From Dehalococcoidia bacterium (GTDB lineage: Bacteria > Chloroflexota > Dehalococcoidia > Lucifugimonadales > UBA3495), in contig DPHC01000002.1 of assembly GCA_003523055.1 (NCBI GenBank), positions 282,041 to 346,040 on the forward strand: DNA of 64,000 nucleotides. Direction: 5' to 3'. The translations under genes were made by a program, and so were the position numbers. The notes under the pieces are model-generated. The model did not search any database. It was not told where the DNA came from and saw only the letters and a list, made by a program, of their open reading frames with translations. Below, one piece after another: positions 19,654-30,624 of the stretch (position 1 is its first letter; the number at the start of each line of letters is the position of its first letter).

Positions 19654-20292
19654 TCATTGCACCAAGTTTACCATGAAGTTCCTTATAGCATCACGCAATT
19701 CAATTTCTTTCCCTGTCCAAAAATGGTCTGCCCCTTCAATTATCTTCAAAGTTGTCGGTTCCTTTCTCCCTTCAAAGAATTGGGACAATTGTTCAGAGTC
19801 ACAAACATGATCATTGGATCCCGTTACAACCAATATGGGGACGGTTCTGTTAATCACATTCGATTCAATTAAAGCCTGAGTTTGAGGGGATATCAAAACG
19901 ATTCCTGCTATAGATTCAACTACACATTCTTGACTCAATATTACACGCGACCCAAATGAATATCCGAGCAGGGAAGTTTTATCAGAGTTGGTGTTATCCA
20001 AGTTCTTTACAAAATTTAGAGCTCCCAGAATTTCCTGGTATTCCTGGGTACCGTTTGTAAAATGGCCTTCACTGTTGCCTACTCCTCTAAAATTAAACCT
20101 TAGGGTCACAAATCCCACATCGCACAAATCTAAAGCTGTAGAACTTATAACATTATTGTCCATATTTCCCCCGTTTTGTGGGTGAGGGTGGCACATAACT
20201 ATTGAGGGATGATTATTTAAATCTTCAGGCATAGATAATATACCTTCAAAATTCAAATTATTTGCTGGAAATTTTATGTGGCTGTGTTTCAT
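19654..20292 (-). CDS. alpha/beta hydrolase (dienelactone-hydrolase-like)
   Basis: 212 aa. The nucleophile elbow is GYSFGS. A C-terminal D...H (GADHF) completes the triad. Confidence 0.75.
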   Translation of the reverse strand: MKHSHIKFPANNLNFEGILSMPEDLNNHPSIVMCHPHPQNGGNMDNNVISSTALDLCDVGFVTLRFNFRGVGNSEGHFTNGTQEYQEILGALNFVKNLDNTNSDKTSLLGYSFGSRVILSQECVVESIAGIVLISPQTQALIESNVINRTVPILVVTGSNDHVCDSEQLSQFFEGRKEPTTLKIIEGADHFWTGKEIELRDAIRNFMVNLVQ

Positions 20293-20415
20293 GATGGTTG
20301 CACCTCTTGTGAAATCAAAATAGATATTTTACGATGTAGACTCATAATATCTTATTTAATTTACTAAAACTATCAACATTACTATAGAAATTTAAATCGT
20401 AACAAAGAGGGCAAT

Positions 20416-21486
20416 ATGAAAATAATAGACCTACGAAGCGATACACAGACTCAACCAACAGAACAAATGCGCAAAGCTATGTACGCCGCTGAAGTGGGAG
20501 ACGATGTAGCAGGCGAAGATAAAAGCATGAATGCGTTAGAAGAAAAGGCTGCACGTTTAATCGGGAAAGAATCTGCAATGTTCGTTACTAGTGGCACTCA
20601 AGGTAATTTAGTCGCTATATTAAGTCATTGCTCAAAAGCTGATGAAATATTAGTTGGCAGTGAATCGCATATATTTTGGAATGAAAACGCTGCTGTTTCA
20701 TCTTTGGTCGGGGCTCAGACAAGAATGGTAAATAATGAAACAGATGGAACATTAAATATAGAACATTTGGCAACTTCATTTCGACCTTCTTCTGGACCTC
20801 AATTCCCGTACACTACGCTAGTGTGCCTAGAAAACACTCACAATCGGTGCAATGGCGCTGCTATATCACCTGAACACACATCTGCAGTCGCTAAAATTAC
20901 TCATGACAATGGTGCAGCACTCCACATAGATGGAGCCAGAATTTTCAATGCAGCAATAGCCCTTGAAACAGATGCTTCATACATAGTGAGAGATGCCGAC
21001 AGTGTAACTTTTTGTTTATCAAAAGGACTCAGTGGTCCTGTAGGATCTCTACTTTGTGGATCAAAAGAGTTCATAGAAACTGCACGGAAATGGCGGAGAA
21101 TGCTAGGAGCAGGAATGAGGCAAGCGGGGTCATTAGCTGCAGCAGGTATTGTAGCATTAGATGAAATGATAGATCGATTGTCGATAGATCATGACAACGC
21201 AAAAATTTTAGCAAACAATATATCCAACATACCTGGTATCACTATTGATGCGGCCAACATCCAAACAAACATAGTAATATTTGAAGTGGATAACAAACTA
21301 ACCAACACCGCAATAGTGGTCAATCGTCTAAAAGAAAAAGGAGTGTTAGTGTCTACTTATTTCGGAGTCATATCCGGAGGCGGGTCATTTATCAGGATGG
21401 TAACTCATAGACACATTAACAGAAATGACATTGATGAAGCATCCAAAATTTTACGTTCTGTAATGGCAGATTTACGACAAACCTAG
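20416..21486 (+). CDS. ltaE: low-specificity L-threonine aldolase (PLP-dependent beta-eliminating lyase family)
   Basis: 356 aa. Motifs are DLRSDTQTQPT, TSGTQGN and the PLP-lysine context CLSKGLSGPVGS. Confidence 0.85.
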   Translation: MKIIDLRSDTQTQPTEQMRKAMYAAEVGDDVAGEDKSMNALEEKAARLIGKESAMFVTSGTQGNLVAILSHCSKADEILVGSESHIFWNENAAVSSLVGAQTRMVNNETDGTLNIEHLATSFRPSSGPQFPYTTLVCLENTHNRCNGAAISPEHTSAVAKITHDNGAALHIDGARIFNAAIALETDASYIVRDADSVTFCLSKGLSGPVGSLLCGSKEFIETARKWRRMLGAGMRQAGSLAAAGIVALDEMIDRLSIDHDNAKILANNISNIPGITIDAANIQTNIVIFEVDNKLTNTAIVVNRLKEKGVLVSTYFGVISGGGSFIRMVTHRHINRNDIDEASKILRSVMADLRQT

Positions 21487-21492
21487 TTATAT

Positions 21493-22185
21493 CTACTTAT
21501 TAACTCTGAAAGCTGTAATCTGGTGGTAAACCGTTTCTTCTATATCTCCAAGTCCAATAAACCATTCAGTTTTCTCTATTTGTATGAGAGACCCTTTGTG
21601 TTCTAATGCCTCTACTTTGTTTTTGAATCCTAATTCATAATAGGCATTTTTATTAATACTGAATATAATAATCCCGTCTGTTTTACAAATTCTGATTATT
21701 TCATCGAGGCTACTCGGTTTTGCATGGCCTAAGGCAAAAACACCCACTAAAGATACAGCATCAAATGTGCTGTCGGAAAAGTCCAAGCGTTCTCCTAATT
21801 TCATTTTTCTAACATCTTTATAAACGTTTTTGGCCCTAGCCATGTCTAGCATTTTTTCTGAAAGATCTATCGCTGTTAAGTTTTTAAAGCCTGCTCGATG
21901 GATTTCTTCTCCGAATAAACCAGTCCCTGCTCCGGCGTCCAATATCACAGCACTAGCGTTTAAATGCTTAGCTAAGATCTCAGCAGTTTTCATAGGTAGC
22001 AGGTATGTAATACCTCCAAGATCTGAATCATAATCTCCAGACCACGTGTCATATTTGGATTCTATTTCCAAATCATCAGTGGACGCGTACACATCGCCAA
22101 TTTTGTCATCTAAATTTGCCATAATAACCGCTTCTCCATATTTTGCATTAATAATTAATCTTTGTTTTTTTACTGGGTTAAACAT
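21493..22185 (-). CDS. class I SAM-dependent methyltransferase
   Basis: 230 aa. The SAM-binding motif is ILDAGAGTGLFG, followed by AIDLS. The true start could be the internal ATG (MANLDDK). Confidence 0.78.
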   Translation of the reverse strand: MFNPVKKQRLIINAKYGEAVIMANLDDKIGDVYASTDDLEIESKYDTWSGDYDSDLGGITYLLPMKTAEILAKHLNASAVILDAGAGTGLFGEEIHRAGFKNLTAIDLSEKMLDMARAKNVYKDVRKMKLGERLDFSDSTFDAVSLVGVFALGHAKPSSLDEIIRICKTDGIIIFSINKNAYYELGFKNKVEALEHKGSLIQIEKTEWFIGLGDIEETVYHQITAFRVNK

Positions 22186-22358
22186 TCAACATAATTTATA
22201 CTAAAAAAGGATTATACATGTTACAATATAAAAAAGAATTTTAAATCAAATAAGACAATCCACAGAAACCTATCTTCCCGATTGCGCATTTTTAAATTCT
22301 AAAAATAAGATCGGGCTAAGGCAGTTACTTGGCTCCATAAATACAAGGAGTCCCTACA

Positions 22359-24179
22359 GTGGATTTTAAACAATTTAACCTCTCTCATGCAATTTTAGCT
22401 GGGATTGAAGGCCTCGGATTCGTAACACCAACACCTATTCAAGAACAATCCATTTCAGACATAACAGCAGGACATGATTTCTTAGGTCTTGCCCAGACAG
22501 GCACTGGCAAGACTGCGGCTTTCATGATACCTACGTTAGAAAATTTGTCTAAAGAGCCAAATAAATCAGTTACTGGTCTAATATTAGTTCCCACCAGAGA
22601 ACTAGCAGAACAAGTGTTTCAAGATGCTAGAGCATTAGGTAAACATACTCATGTTAAAACAATGTCTATATACGGAGGCGTAGGTAAGTGGCCTCAGACA
22701 AAGAAACTCAGACAAGGTGTTAGCCTAGTTATAGGTACTCCTGGAAGAGTATTAGACCATATTAGAGACGGCAATCTAATACTTGATAAAGTTCAAATGG
22801 TAGTTCTGGACGAAGCTGACACTATGTGCGACATGGGATTCTTACCAGACGTAAGCACAATATTACAAGAAACTCCAAATAGCCGCCAGACACTACTTTT
22901 TTCAGCAACCATGGCAAAAGAAATTCGCCAGTTAGCATCTAAATTCATGCGTGAACCAGTGACTGTTCAACTGGGTGCATTAAATGCAGCTCCAAGCATA
23001 TCTCACGTAATGTTTCCCATTTCTAGCAGCTTAAAAAAACCACTGCTATTGGACATAATAAAAGAAACAGCAACCGGTAAAATTCTTATATTTACGAGAA
23101 CAAAACATAAAGCAAAGCAACTGGCTGACGACTTATATCAAGAAGGATACAAAGTTACTTCGTTACAAGGTAATTTGTCACAAGCTCAGAGACAAAGAGC
23201 TATGGAAGGATTTAGACTCAATAAATTCGATATCTTAGTTGCAACAGATATTGCTGCGCATGGAATAGATGTTGCAGAAGTCACTCATGTTATTAATTAC
23301 GACATGCCTCATGGAGTTGACGACTATACTCACAGAGTAGGACGTACAGGAAGAGCTCAAAAAATAGGAGAAGCCTTCTCTTTGCTCACACCTGAAGATA
23401 AAAATGTTCTTTTCTCAATTGAAAAAAGCTTAAATGAACCTATCGAATATCGTACTTCTAAAACCTTCGATTATGGAGTATTCAGACCAGAAACCATCTT
23501 AAGATCTTCAAACCGCAATGATCAATATAGTGACCGAAGGCCAGCTGTGAAATCTTTTAAAACTAGGCGCCCAAATTCACAATTCCAAGAACATACTAGA
23601 AACAACTCTAGAAGTTCGGCATCTCCTGATAAAAACATTAATCGGTATCCTTCAGATAAACCGTTTAATTCTAGACGTCCAAATTCAAAATTCCAAGAAC
23701 ATACTAGAAACAACTCTAGAAGTTCGGCATCCCCTGATAATAATAGTAACCGATATCCTTCAGATAAAACGTTTAGAGAAATGATTGATGTTCAATGCGC
23801 CCAATGTGGTAAGGACGCTCAAGTCCCGTTTAAACCTCGTGGTGATAGGCCCGTCTTTTGCAATAACTGTTTCAGAAGTTCCGATTTAATTGATAAAAAG
23901 GACAACAAGTATACTTCTGATAAATATACTAGTTCTAAACGTCCAAATTCAAAATTCCAAGAACATACTAGAACTGGAACTTCAAACTCTCGGCTTCAAA
24001 GGCGTCCTGGAGAAAATGCCAAGGACTCTAAAAGCCAAGACAGACCCACTAATGGATATTCTTCTAACAAACAAAGTAATCAAAAATCAACTGCTTTTAG
24101 AAAGAACCCCAAGTTTCAAACATCTGGTGCAACGAGAAGTAAAAGACAGCGTTCAAAGTTTAATGGGCCGCCTCGCTAA
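22359..24179 (+). CDS. DEAD-box ATP-dependent RNA helicase with repetitive basic C-terminal tail and a CxxC-x17-CxxC zinc ribbon
   Basis: 606 aa with a GTG start. The Q motif region is FVTPTPIQ. Helicase motifs AQTGTGKT, DEAD, SAT and HRVGRTGR are all present. The tail holds RPNS(K/Q)FQEHTR repeats and CAQCGKDAQVPFKPRGDRPVFCNNC. Confidence 0.92.
   Translation: MDFKQFNLSHAILAGIEGLGFVTPTPIQEQSISDITAGHDFLGLAQTGTGKTAAFMIPTLENLSKEPNKSVTGLILVPTRELAEQVFQDARALGKHTHVKTMSIYGGVGKWPQTKKLRQGVSLVIGTPGRVLDHIRDGNLILDKVQMVVLDEADTMCDMGFLPDVSTILQETPNSRQTLLFSATMAKEIRQLASKFMREPVTVQLGALNAAPSISHVMFPISSSLKKPLLLDIIKETATGKILIFTRTKHKAKQLADDLYQEGYKVTSLQGNLSQAQRQRAMEGFRLNKFDILVATDIAAHGIDVAEVTHVINYDMPHGVDDYTHRVGRTGRAQKIGEAFSLLTPEDKNVLFSIEKSLNEPIEYRTSKTFDYGVFRPETILRSSNRNDQYSDRRPAVKSFKTRRPNSQFQEHTRNNSRSSASPDKNINRYPSDKPFNSRRPNSKFQEHTRNNSRSSASPDNNSNRYPSDKTFREMIDVQCAQCGKDAQVPFKPRGDRPVFCNNCFRSSDLIDKKDNKYTSDKYTSSKRPNSKFQEHTRTGTSNSRLQRRPGENAKDSKSQDRPTNGYSSNKQSNQKSTAFRKNPKFQTSGATRSKRQRSKFNGPPR
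23563..23778 (+). repeat. two tandem 108-bp (36-codon) in-frame repeats inside the helicase tail; a third partial copy lies at 23935..23973
   Basis: Copy 1 (23563-23670) and copy 2 (23671-23778) differ at about a dozen positions by hand alignment. They encode RRPNS(Q/K)FQEHTRNNSRSSASPD-N-NRYPSDK. The partial copy is CTAAACGTCCAAATTCAAAATTCCAAGAACATACTAGAA. Confidence 0.9.
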
Positions 24180-24226
24180 CCGCTCAACTAAACTCTCGTA
24201 AAGGGCATTGACTAACGCTGGGATAT

Positions 24227-25285
24227 TTACTCTTTGATCATGGGGAGCACTTCTTCTACAAAGAGTCTCATAGAAGATCTAACTTGAGTGTCTGTAAGCA
24301 GTCCACCGATGTTAAACCACCCCATTAATTGTTGAAAATCGAATTTTTCTTTAAACCGGTTAATTTGATCGACACATTCTTGAGGTGTTCCAAATATTGA
24401 ATACTCACTGTGTACATCTGAAAATTTAATTGAGTTATACCTATCCAAAGATTTAGCAATGCCAGCATTTTTAATAGAGGCTCGTTTGGCAGCGGGAGAC
24501 GTATATATTTTTTTTAAAGTATTGACGTAATTAGACCAGGACTTTTTTATAGGTTCTAGCCCACCAGAGTCATTCTCATTATAAACATAAATCGGAGCAT
24601 TTACTGTCACATCATGAGACGTACCATTAACATTTTTATTAGATTTATGATTTCTATAAAATTCCAGTCCTTCTAAAACTTTATCTGTAGAAATAATCAT
24701 CGGAGTAACTAATATATTATAGTCAAATTTGCTGGCATACTCAAAAGAATCTTGACTGTTAGCTGCTATATATATTTCCGGGTGTGGTCGCTGTGTAGGT
24801 TTTGGAACTACATTGACGTCAACTATATCGTAGAAGTTACCCTTATAATTTACGTTACTGTCTGACCATGATTGCAATATTATTTCCATGGATTCTTCAA
24901 ATTTATGCCTAGTTTCCTCAGAATTTATTCCAAAACCTTCTAAGTGAGCCGGCATCGAACCTCTACCTGCTCCAAAAACTGCTCTGCCATTTGAAATAAC
25001 ATCTAGGGTTGCTATTTCTTCAGCTAAACGTATTGGGTGATGCAGAGGAATTAAATTAACTGCATTACCAATTTTAATATTTTCAGTTTTTTGTGCTATC
25101 GCCGCAGCAATTAACAACGGGGCAGACATAACTGAAAACTCTGATTGAAAATGCAATTCTGCTAACCACGCATGATCAAATCCTAATGAATCAGCGTACA
25201 CCACTTGATCAATAGTTTCCTGTATTCTAGCCGGAGCGTTTTGGAACTCTGCACACGGTAATTGATAAAAAACACCTGTTTTCAT
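24227..25285 (-). CDS. LLM-class (luciferase-like) flavin-dependent oxidoreductase
   Basis: 352 aa. Luciferase-like features are GFDHAWLAELHF, LDVISNGRAVFGAGRG and a C-terminal barrel. Confidence 0.85.
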   Translation of the reverse strand: MKTGVFYQLPCAEFQNAPARIQETIDQVVYADSLGFDHAWLAELHFQSEFSVMSAPLLIAAAIAQKTENIKIGNAVNLIPLHHPIRLAEEIATLDVISNGRAVFGAGRGSMPAHLEGFGINSEETRHKFEESMEIILQSWSDSNVNYKGNFYDIVDVNVVPKPTQRPHPEIYIAANSQDSFEYASKFDYNILVTPMIISTDKVLEGLEFYRNHKSNKNVNGTSHDVTVNAPIYVYNENDSGGLEPIKKSWSNYVNTLKKIYTSPAAKRASIKNAGIAKSLDRYNSIKFSDVHSEYSIFGTPQECVDQINRFKEKFDFQQLMGWFNIGGLLTDTQVRSSMRLFVEEVLPMIKE

Positions 25286-25294
25286 TAATACTCT

Positions 25295-26860
25295 CTATAG
25301 CGGAATATTACCGTGTTTCTTGAAAGGTAATTCATCCGATTTATTTTTCAACATTTCTAAGGCTTCAATAATTTTAAATCTCGTATTCTTTGGATCAATC
25401 ACATCATCCAAGAAACCTTTTTCAGCCGTTACATAGGGATTAGTTATTTTCTCCGAATAACTGTCGATTAATTCTTTTCTAACTTGTTCAATTTTATCTC
25501 CCGCGTTATTGATCTGGTCTCTGTGTATTATATTGACCGCTCCCTCAGGTCCCATCACTGCTATTTCTGCAGAAGGCCATGCCAAATTTATATCCGCTTT
25601 TAAATGTTTACTACCCATCACTATATAAGCTCCACCGTAAGCCTTTCGAATGACCACACTAATTTTTGGCACTGTAGCTTCTGCGTAAGCATATATTAGT
25701 TTGGCTCCATGCCGTATGATGCCACCGTATTCTTGATCCACTCCGGGCAAAAACCCAGGCACGTCTATAAGTGTTACCAGCGGTATATTAAAGCAATCAC
25801 AAAACCTCACAAATCTCGCGGCTTTCGTTGATGCATCAATATCTAAAACTCCAGCCAGATGATTGGGCTGGTTTGCAACTATCCCAACTGTTTGTCCATT
25901 CATTCTAGAAAATCCGATTATGATATTTTTAGCAAATGAATTTTGCACCTCCAAAAACTCATCATCTACTAGTTCGTATATCACATTTTTCATATCATAC
26001 GGAATTTTAGGGGAGCCAGGGACTATGTTCCGTAATCCATCATTAGTGTCAGGTTTCATAGGAGCATACATTTTCGATCCAGCAACCGATCTATTATTAA
26101 CAGGTAAGAAGCTTATTAGCCTTCGTACTTCAGTAAGTGTTTCTTCTTCGTTTTCACCGATAAAGTGTGCTACTCCACTTTTAGTGGAATGGGGGGAAAA
26201 GCCTCCTAGAGTTTCATGGTCTACATCCACGCCTGTAACAGTTTTTACCACATCAGGACCTGTAATATACATCTGTCCTGTTTCTTTAACCATAAAAATA
26301 AAGTCAGTAATAGCTGGTGAATACACAGCTCCTCCAGCTGCAGGACCCATGATTACTGAAATCTGAGGGATAACACCGGAATACATAGTGTTTTTTAAAA
26401 ATATGTCCCCGTATGCAGCCAAACTAAGAGTACCTTCTTGAATCCGAGCCCCACCCGAATCATTAATCCCTATGATAGGGCATCCCGTTTTAGCTGCCAA
26501 ATCCATAACTTTACATATTTTTTTGCCAACTGCTTCTGAAAGTGATCCTCCAAAAACTGTGAAATCTTGAGAAAATGCAAAAACTTGCTTGCCATCAATC
26601 AAGCCATACCCTGTAACGACGGCATCTCCTAAAATTCTTTTTTCGTCCATTCCAAAATCTACAGCACGATGAACTACAAAGGGATCTAATTCTGTAAATT
26701 TCCCATCGTCCATAAGTAGCTCTAATCGCTCTCTGGCTGTTAATTTACCTTTCTTGTGTTGTTGCTCAATTCGTAGCTCACCGCCACCTAATTTGGATTC
26801 TTGGCGCTTGGCCTCTAAAATTTTCAAGTTTTTTTCTATGGGAGTCCCATCTTGTTCCAC
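25295..26860 (-). CDS. acyl-CoA carboxylase carboxyltransferase (beta) subunit, propionyl-CoA/methylmalonyl-CoA carboxyltransferase family
   Basis: Motifs KGKLTARERLELL, DSGGARIQEG and RKAYGGAY. The track ORF runs to ATG 26905. GTG 26860 (VEQDG) is preceded by GAGGTG and gives the usual length of about 520 aa. Confidence 0.9.
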   Translation of the reverse strand: MEQDGTPIEKNLKILEAKRQESKLGGGELRIEQQHKKGKLTARERLELLMDDGKFTELDPFVVHRAVDFGMDEKRILGDAVVTGYGLIDGKQVFAFSQDFTVFGGSLSEAVGKKICKVMDLAAKTGCPIIGINDSGGARIQEGTLSLAAYGDIFLKNTMYSGVIPQISVIMGPAAGGAVYSPAITDFIFMVKETGQMYITGPDVVKTVTGVDVDHETLGGFSPHSTKSGVAHFIGENEEETLTEVRRLISFLPVNNRSVAGSKMYAPMKPDTNDGLRNIVPGSPKIPYDMKNVIYELVDDEFLEVQNSFAKNIIIGFSRMNGQTVGIVANQPNHLAGVLDIDASTKAARFVRFCDCFNIPLVTLIDVPGFLPGVDQEYGGIIRHGAKLIYAYAEATVPKISVVIRKAYGGAYIVMGSKHLKADINLAWPSAEIAVMGPEGAVNIIHRDQINNAGDKIEQVRKELIDSYSEKITNPYVTAEKGFLDDVIDPKNTRFKIIEALEMLKNKSDELPFKKHGNIPL

Positions 26861-26964
26861 TTTACACCTCACGATTAAATTACATACTAGCAGAGCCAAA
26901 TACAAGTCGCAATCAGCTCTAAAATGTTAAAATTCAAAAAACACTTCAGATTTAAGGTATTACA

Positions 26965-27816
26965 ATGAAACTTAACGAACTAACAGTATCAAATAACGAA
27001 AAAATTGTATGGGGTAAAAGAACTTATCTTATGGGTATTATAAATATAACACCCGACTCTTTTTCCGGAGATGGAATTTTCGAAGACATTATTGGTGCTA
27101 CAAAACAAGCTAAATTGTTTGAGAGTCAGGGAGTTGATTTTATAGACATTGGGGCCGAATCAACTCGCCCTCTACACCATCCTGTTGGTATGGATGAGGA
27201 ATTATCGAGGATTGTGCCTGTAGTTGAAGCTATCACTAAAGCAGTGTCCATTCCGATTAGTATAGACACTACAAAAGCAAAAGTTGCAGAAGAATGTTTA
27301 AAAGTAGGGGCCCATTTAATCAATGATATCTCTGGCTTAAACGCAGATCCAAACATGGCTAAAGTTGTATCATCTGCAAATTGTCCTATAATAATCATGC
27401 ATAATAAAAAGAAACCAGTATATACAGACCTATTACTAGAAATAAAAAATAAGCTACAAGAAAATATAAAAATAGCCGTAAAGAACTGTATTGATCCTTC
27501 AAATATAATCATAGATCCAGGTTTTGGGTTCGGTAAAACCCCAGACGACAATTTACAAATTTTAAATAATCTAGAAATGATTAACCCCGGAGAATTTCCA
27601 ATACTTCTTGGAACATCTAGGAAATCCACAATTGGGCATATACTAGATTCACCAGTAGAATCTCGGATTGAAGGAACTTCTGCTACTGTATCAATCGGAA
27701 TAAGTAGAGGAGCTGATATAGTAAGAGTACATGATGTATATCAAATGAAACAAATAAGTATGATGACTGACGCTATAGTTAGAGGTTGGAGGCCTGAACA
27801 TTGGAACAACCCATAA
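26965..27816 (+). CDS. folP: dihydropteroate synthase
   Basis: 283 aa. The pterin-binding domain shows GIINITPDSFSGDG, DIGAESTRP, INDISG and a C-terminal RVHDV. Confidence 0.93.
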   Translation: MKLNELTVSNNEKIVWGKRTYLMGIINITPDSFSGDGIFEDIIGATKQAKLFESQGVDFIDIGAESTRPLHHPVGMDEELSRIVPVVEAITKAVSIPISIDTTKAKVAEECLKVGAHLINDISGLNADPNMAKVVSSANCPIIIMHNKKKPVYTDLLLEIKNKLQENIKIAVKNCIDPSNIIIDPGFGFGKTPDDNLQILNNLEMINPGEFPILLGTSRKSTIGHILDSPVESRIEGTSATVSIGISRGADIVRVHDVYQMKQISMMTDAIVRGWRPEHWNNP

Positions 27817-28304
27817 CAGTATTCTTAGGTCTTGGATCCAATTTAGGTGACAAATCAGCTAATATCCAAGCAGCATGTGCAGCGTTATCCACACAAGTTG
27901 GCCCAATCCAATCAATGTCATCAGTTTATGAAACGCAACCTTGGGGTAACCTCAATCAGGACGTGTTCTTAAATCTAGCACTGGAAATATGTACTGTTTT
28001 AGCTCCGATAAATCTTTTAAAAACAATAAAACAAATAGAAACAGATCTTGGAAGAATTAATTCTTCAAATATATACGGGCCTAGAATGATTGATATCGAC
28101 ATATTATTTTACGGAACAAGTATAATACGAATACAAAATCCTGATTTATCAATACCTCATTTGTTATTACCATACAGGCACTTTGTTTTATCACCATTGA
28201 ATGAAATAGCTAGTTCATTGGTTCATCCAGTGTTAAAATTATCAGTAAAAGAAATGGCTGAAATATTACCAGAAGAACAAAAAATGCCCAAAAAATATTT
28301 GTAA
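27801..28304 (+). CDS. folK: 2-amino-4-hydroxy-6-hydroxymethyldihydropterin pyrophosphokinase (HPPK)
   Basis: 167 aa with a TTG start that overlaps the folP end by 16 nt. Motifs are FLGLGSNLGD, PRMIDIDIL and HFVLSPLNE. Confidence 0.88.
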   Translation: MEQPITVFLGLGSNLGDKSANIQAACAALSTQVGPIQSMSSVYETQPWGNLNQDVFLNLALEICTVLAPINLLKTIKQIETDLGRINSSNIYGPRMIDIDILFYGTSIIRIQNPDLSIPHLLLPYRHFVLSPLNEIASSLVHPVLKLSVKEMAEILPEEQKMPKKYL

Positions 28305-28334
28305 ATAAATGTTAGCAGAACAAAACACAACTGG

Positions 28335-28363
28335 TTGACATTTCAAATAAACTAAAGCATATT
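28335..28363 (+). promoter_or_regulatory. candidate sigma-70 promoter for groL
   Basis: TTGACA (28335-40), a 17-nt spacer, then CATATT (28358-63). Motif match only. No CIRCE inverted repeat is present. Confidence 0.3.
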
Positions 28364-28411
28364 AAAACAGCTTGAATTCCTGTGGAGTTCTATAAGAAAA
28401 GGAGCATTTAA

Positions 28412-30037
<1,626 letters not shown>

Positions 30038-30084
30038 TACTATATGGGGTATACCGACGTATATTATCATTTTGTCAATGCATT

Positions 30085-30609
30085 ATGTTAAGCGGAGTAT
30101 TGGCTAAGGAATCTATATTAGAATATATGCAGTTGCATCCTCCATTAATTGAAGAATTTTTAGATTTAAATACTCAAATACAACCTAATGGATTTGACCT
30201 AACTTTAAAGTCAATCCAGTCTTTATCTGGTACTGCGCAATTAGGGAAAACCAATGAATCCCGTATATTACCAGAAACAGCAGAGTTAATTTTAGACAAT
30301 GACGATTACTACAATATACTGCCTGGGTCGTATATTGTGACTATCAACGAAGTAGTGAATTTACCAAATCACATCATGTGCCTCGCTAGGCCACGGTCCA
30401 GCTTATTACGCAGTGGTATATCTGTGGAAACAGCCGTATGGGACGCAGGTTATACAGGGCGTTCACAATGCTTACTTATAAACACTACGAATACTCCATA
30501 CCGATTACAAAAAAACAGTAGGATAATACAAATGGTTTTTTTCTTTTTGGACCAAAGTGTTCAAGAAGGGTACTCTGGAGTTTATCAAAACGAAAATCTA
30601 AGTAAATAG
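30085..30609 (+). CDS. dUTPase / dCTP deaminase superfamily protein (archaeal-type dUTP diphosphatase-like)
   Basis: 174 aa. Motifs typical of the trimeric DCD/DUT fold are IQPNGFDLTL, ARPRSSLLRSG, VWDAGYTG and RIIQMVFF. Confidence 0.75.
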   Translation: MLSGVLAKESILEYMQLHPPLIEEFLDLNTQIQPNGFDLTLKSIQSLSGTAQLGKTNESRILPETAELILDNDDYYNILPGSYIVTINEVVNLPNHIMCLARPRSSLLRSGISVETAVWDAGYTGRSQCLLINTTNTPYRLQKNSRIIQMVFFFLDQSVQEGYSGVYQNENLSK

Positions 30610-30624
30610 TAAGTAATTTTAGAA

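Noticed and set aside
23522-23713. 63-aa minus-strand ORF with internal repetition
   Set aside because: It is created by the 108-bp tandem repeat inside the DEAD-box helicase gene and has no independent support.
28305-28411. Possible CIRCE/HrcA operator upstream of groL (TTAGCAGAAC...)
   Set aside because: Only the first half-site loosely resembles TTAGCACTC. There is no inverted GAGTGCTAA partner at 9-nt spacing.
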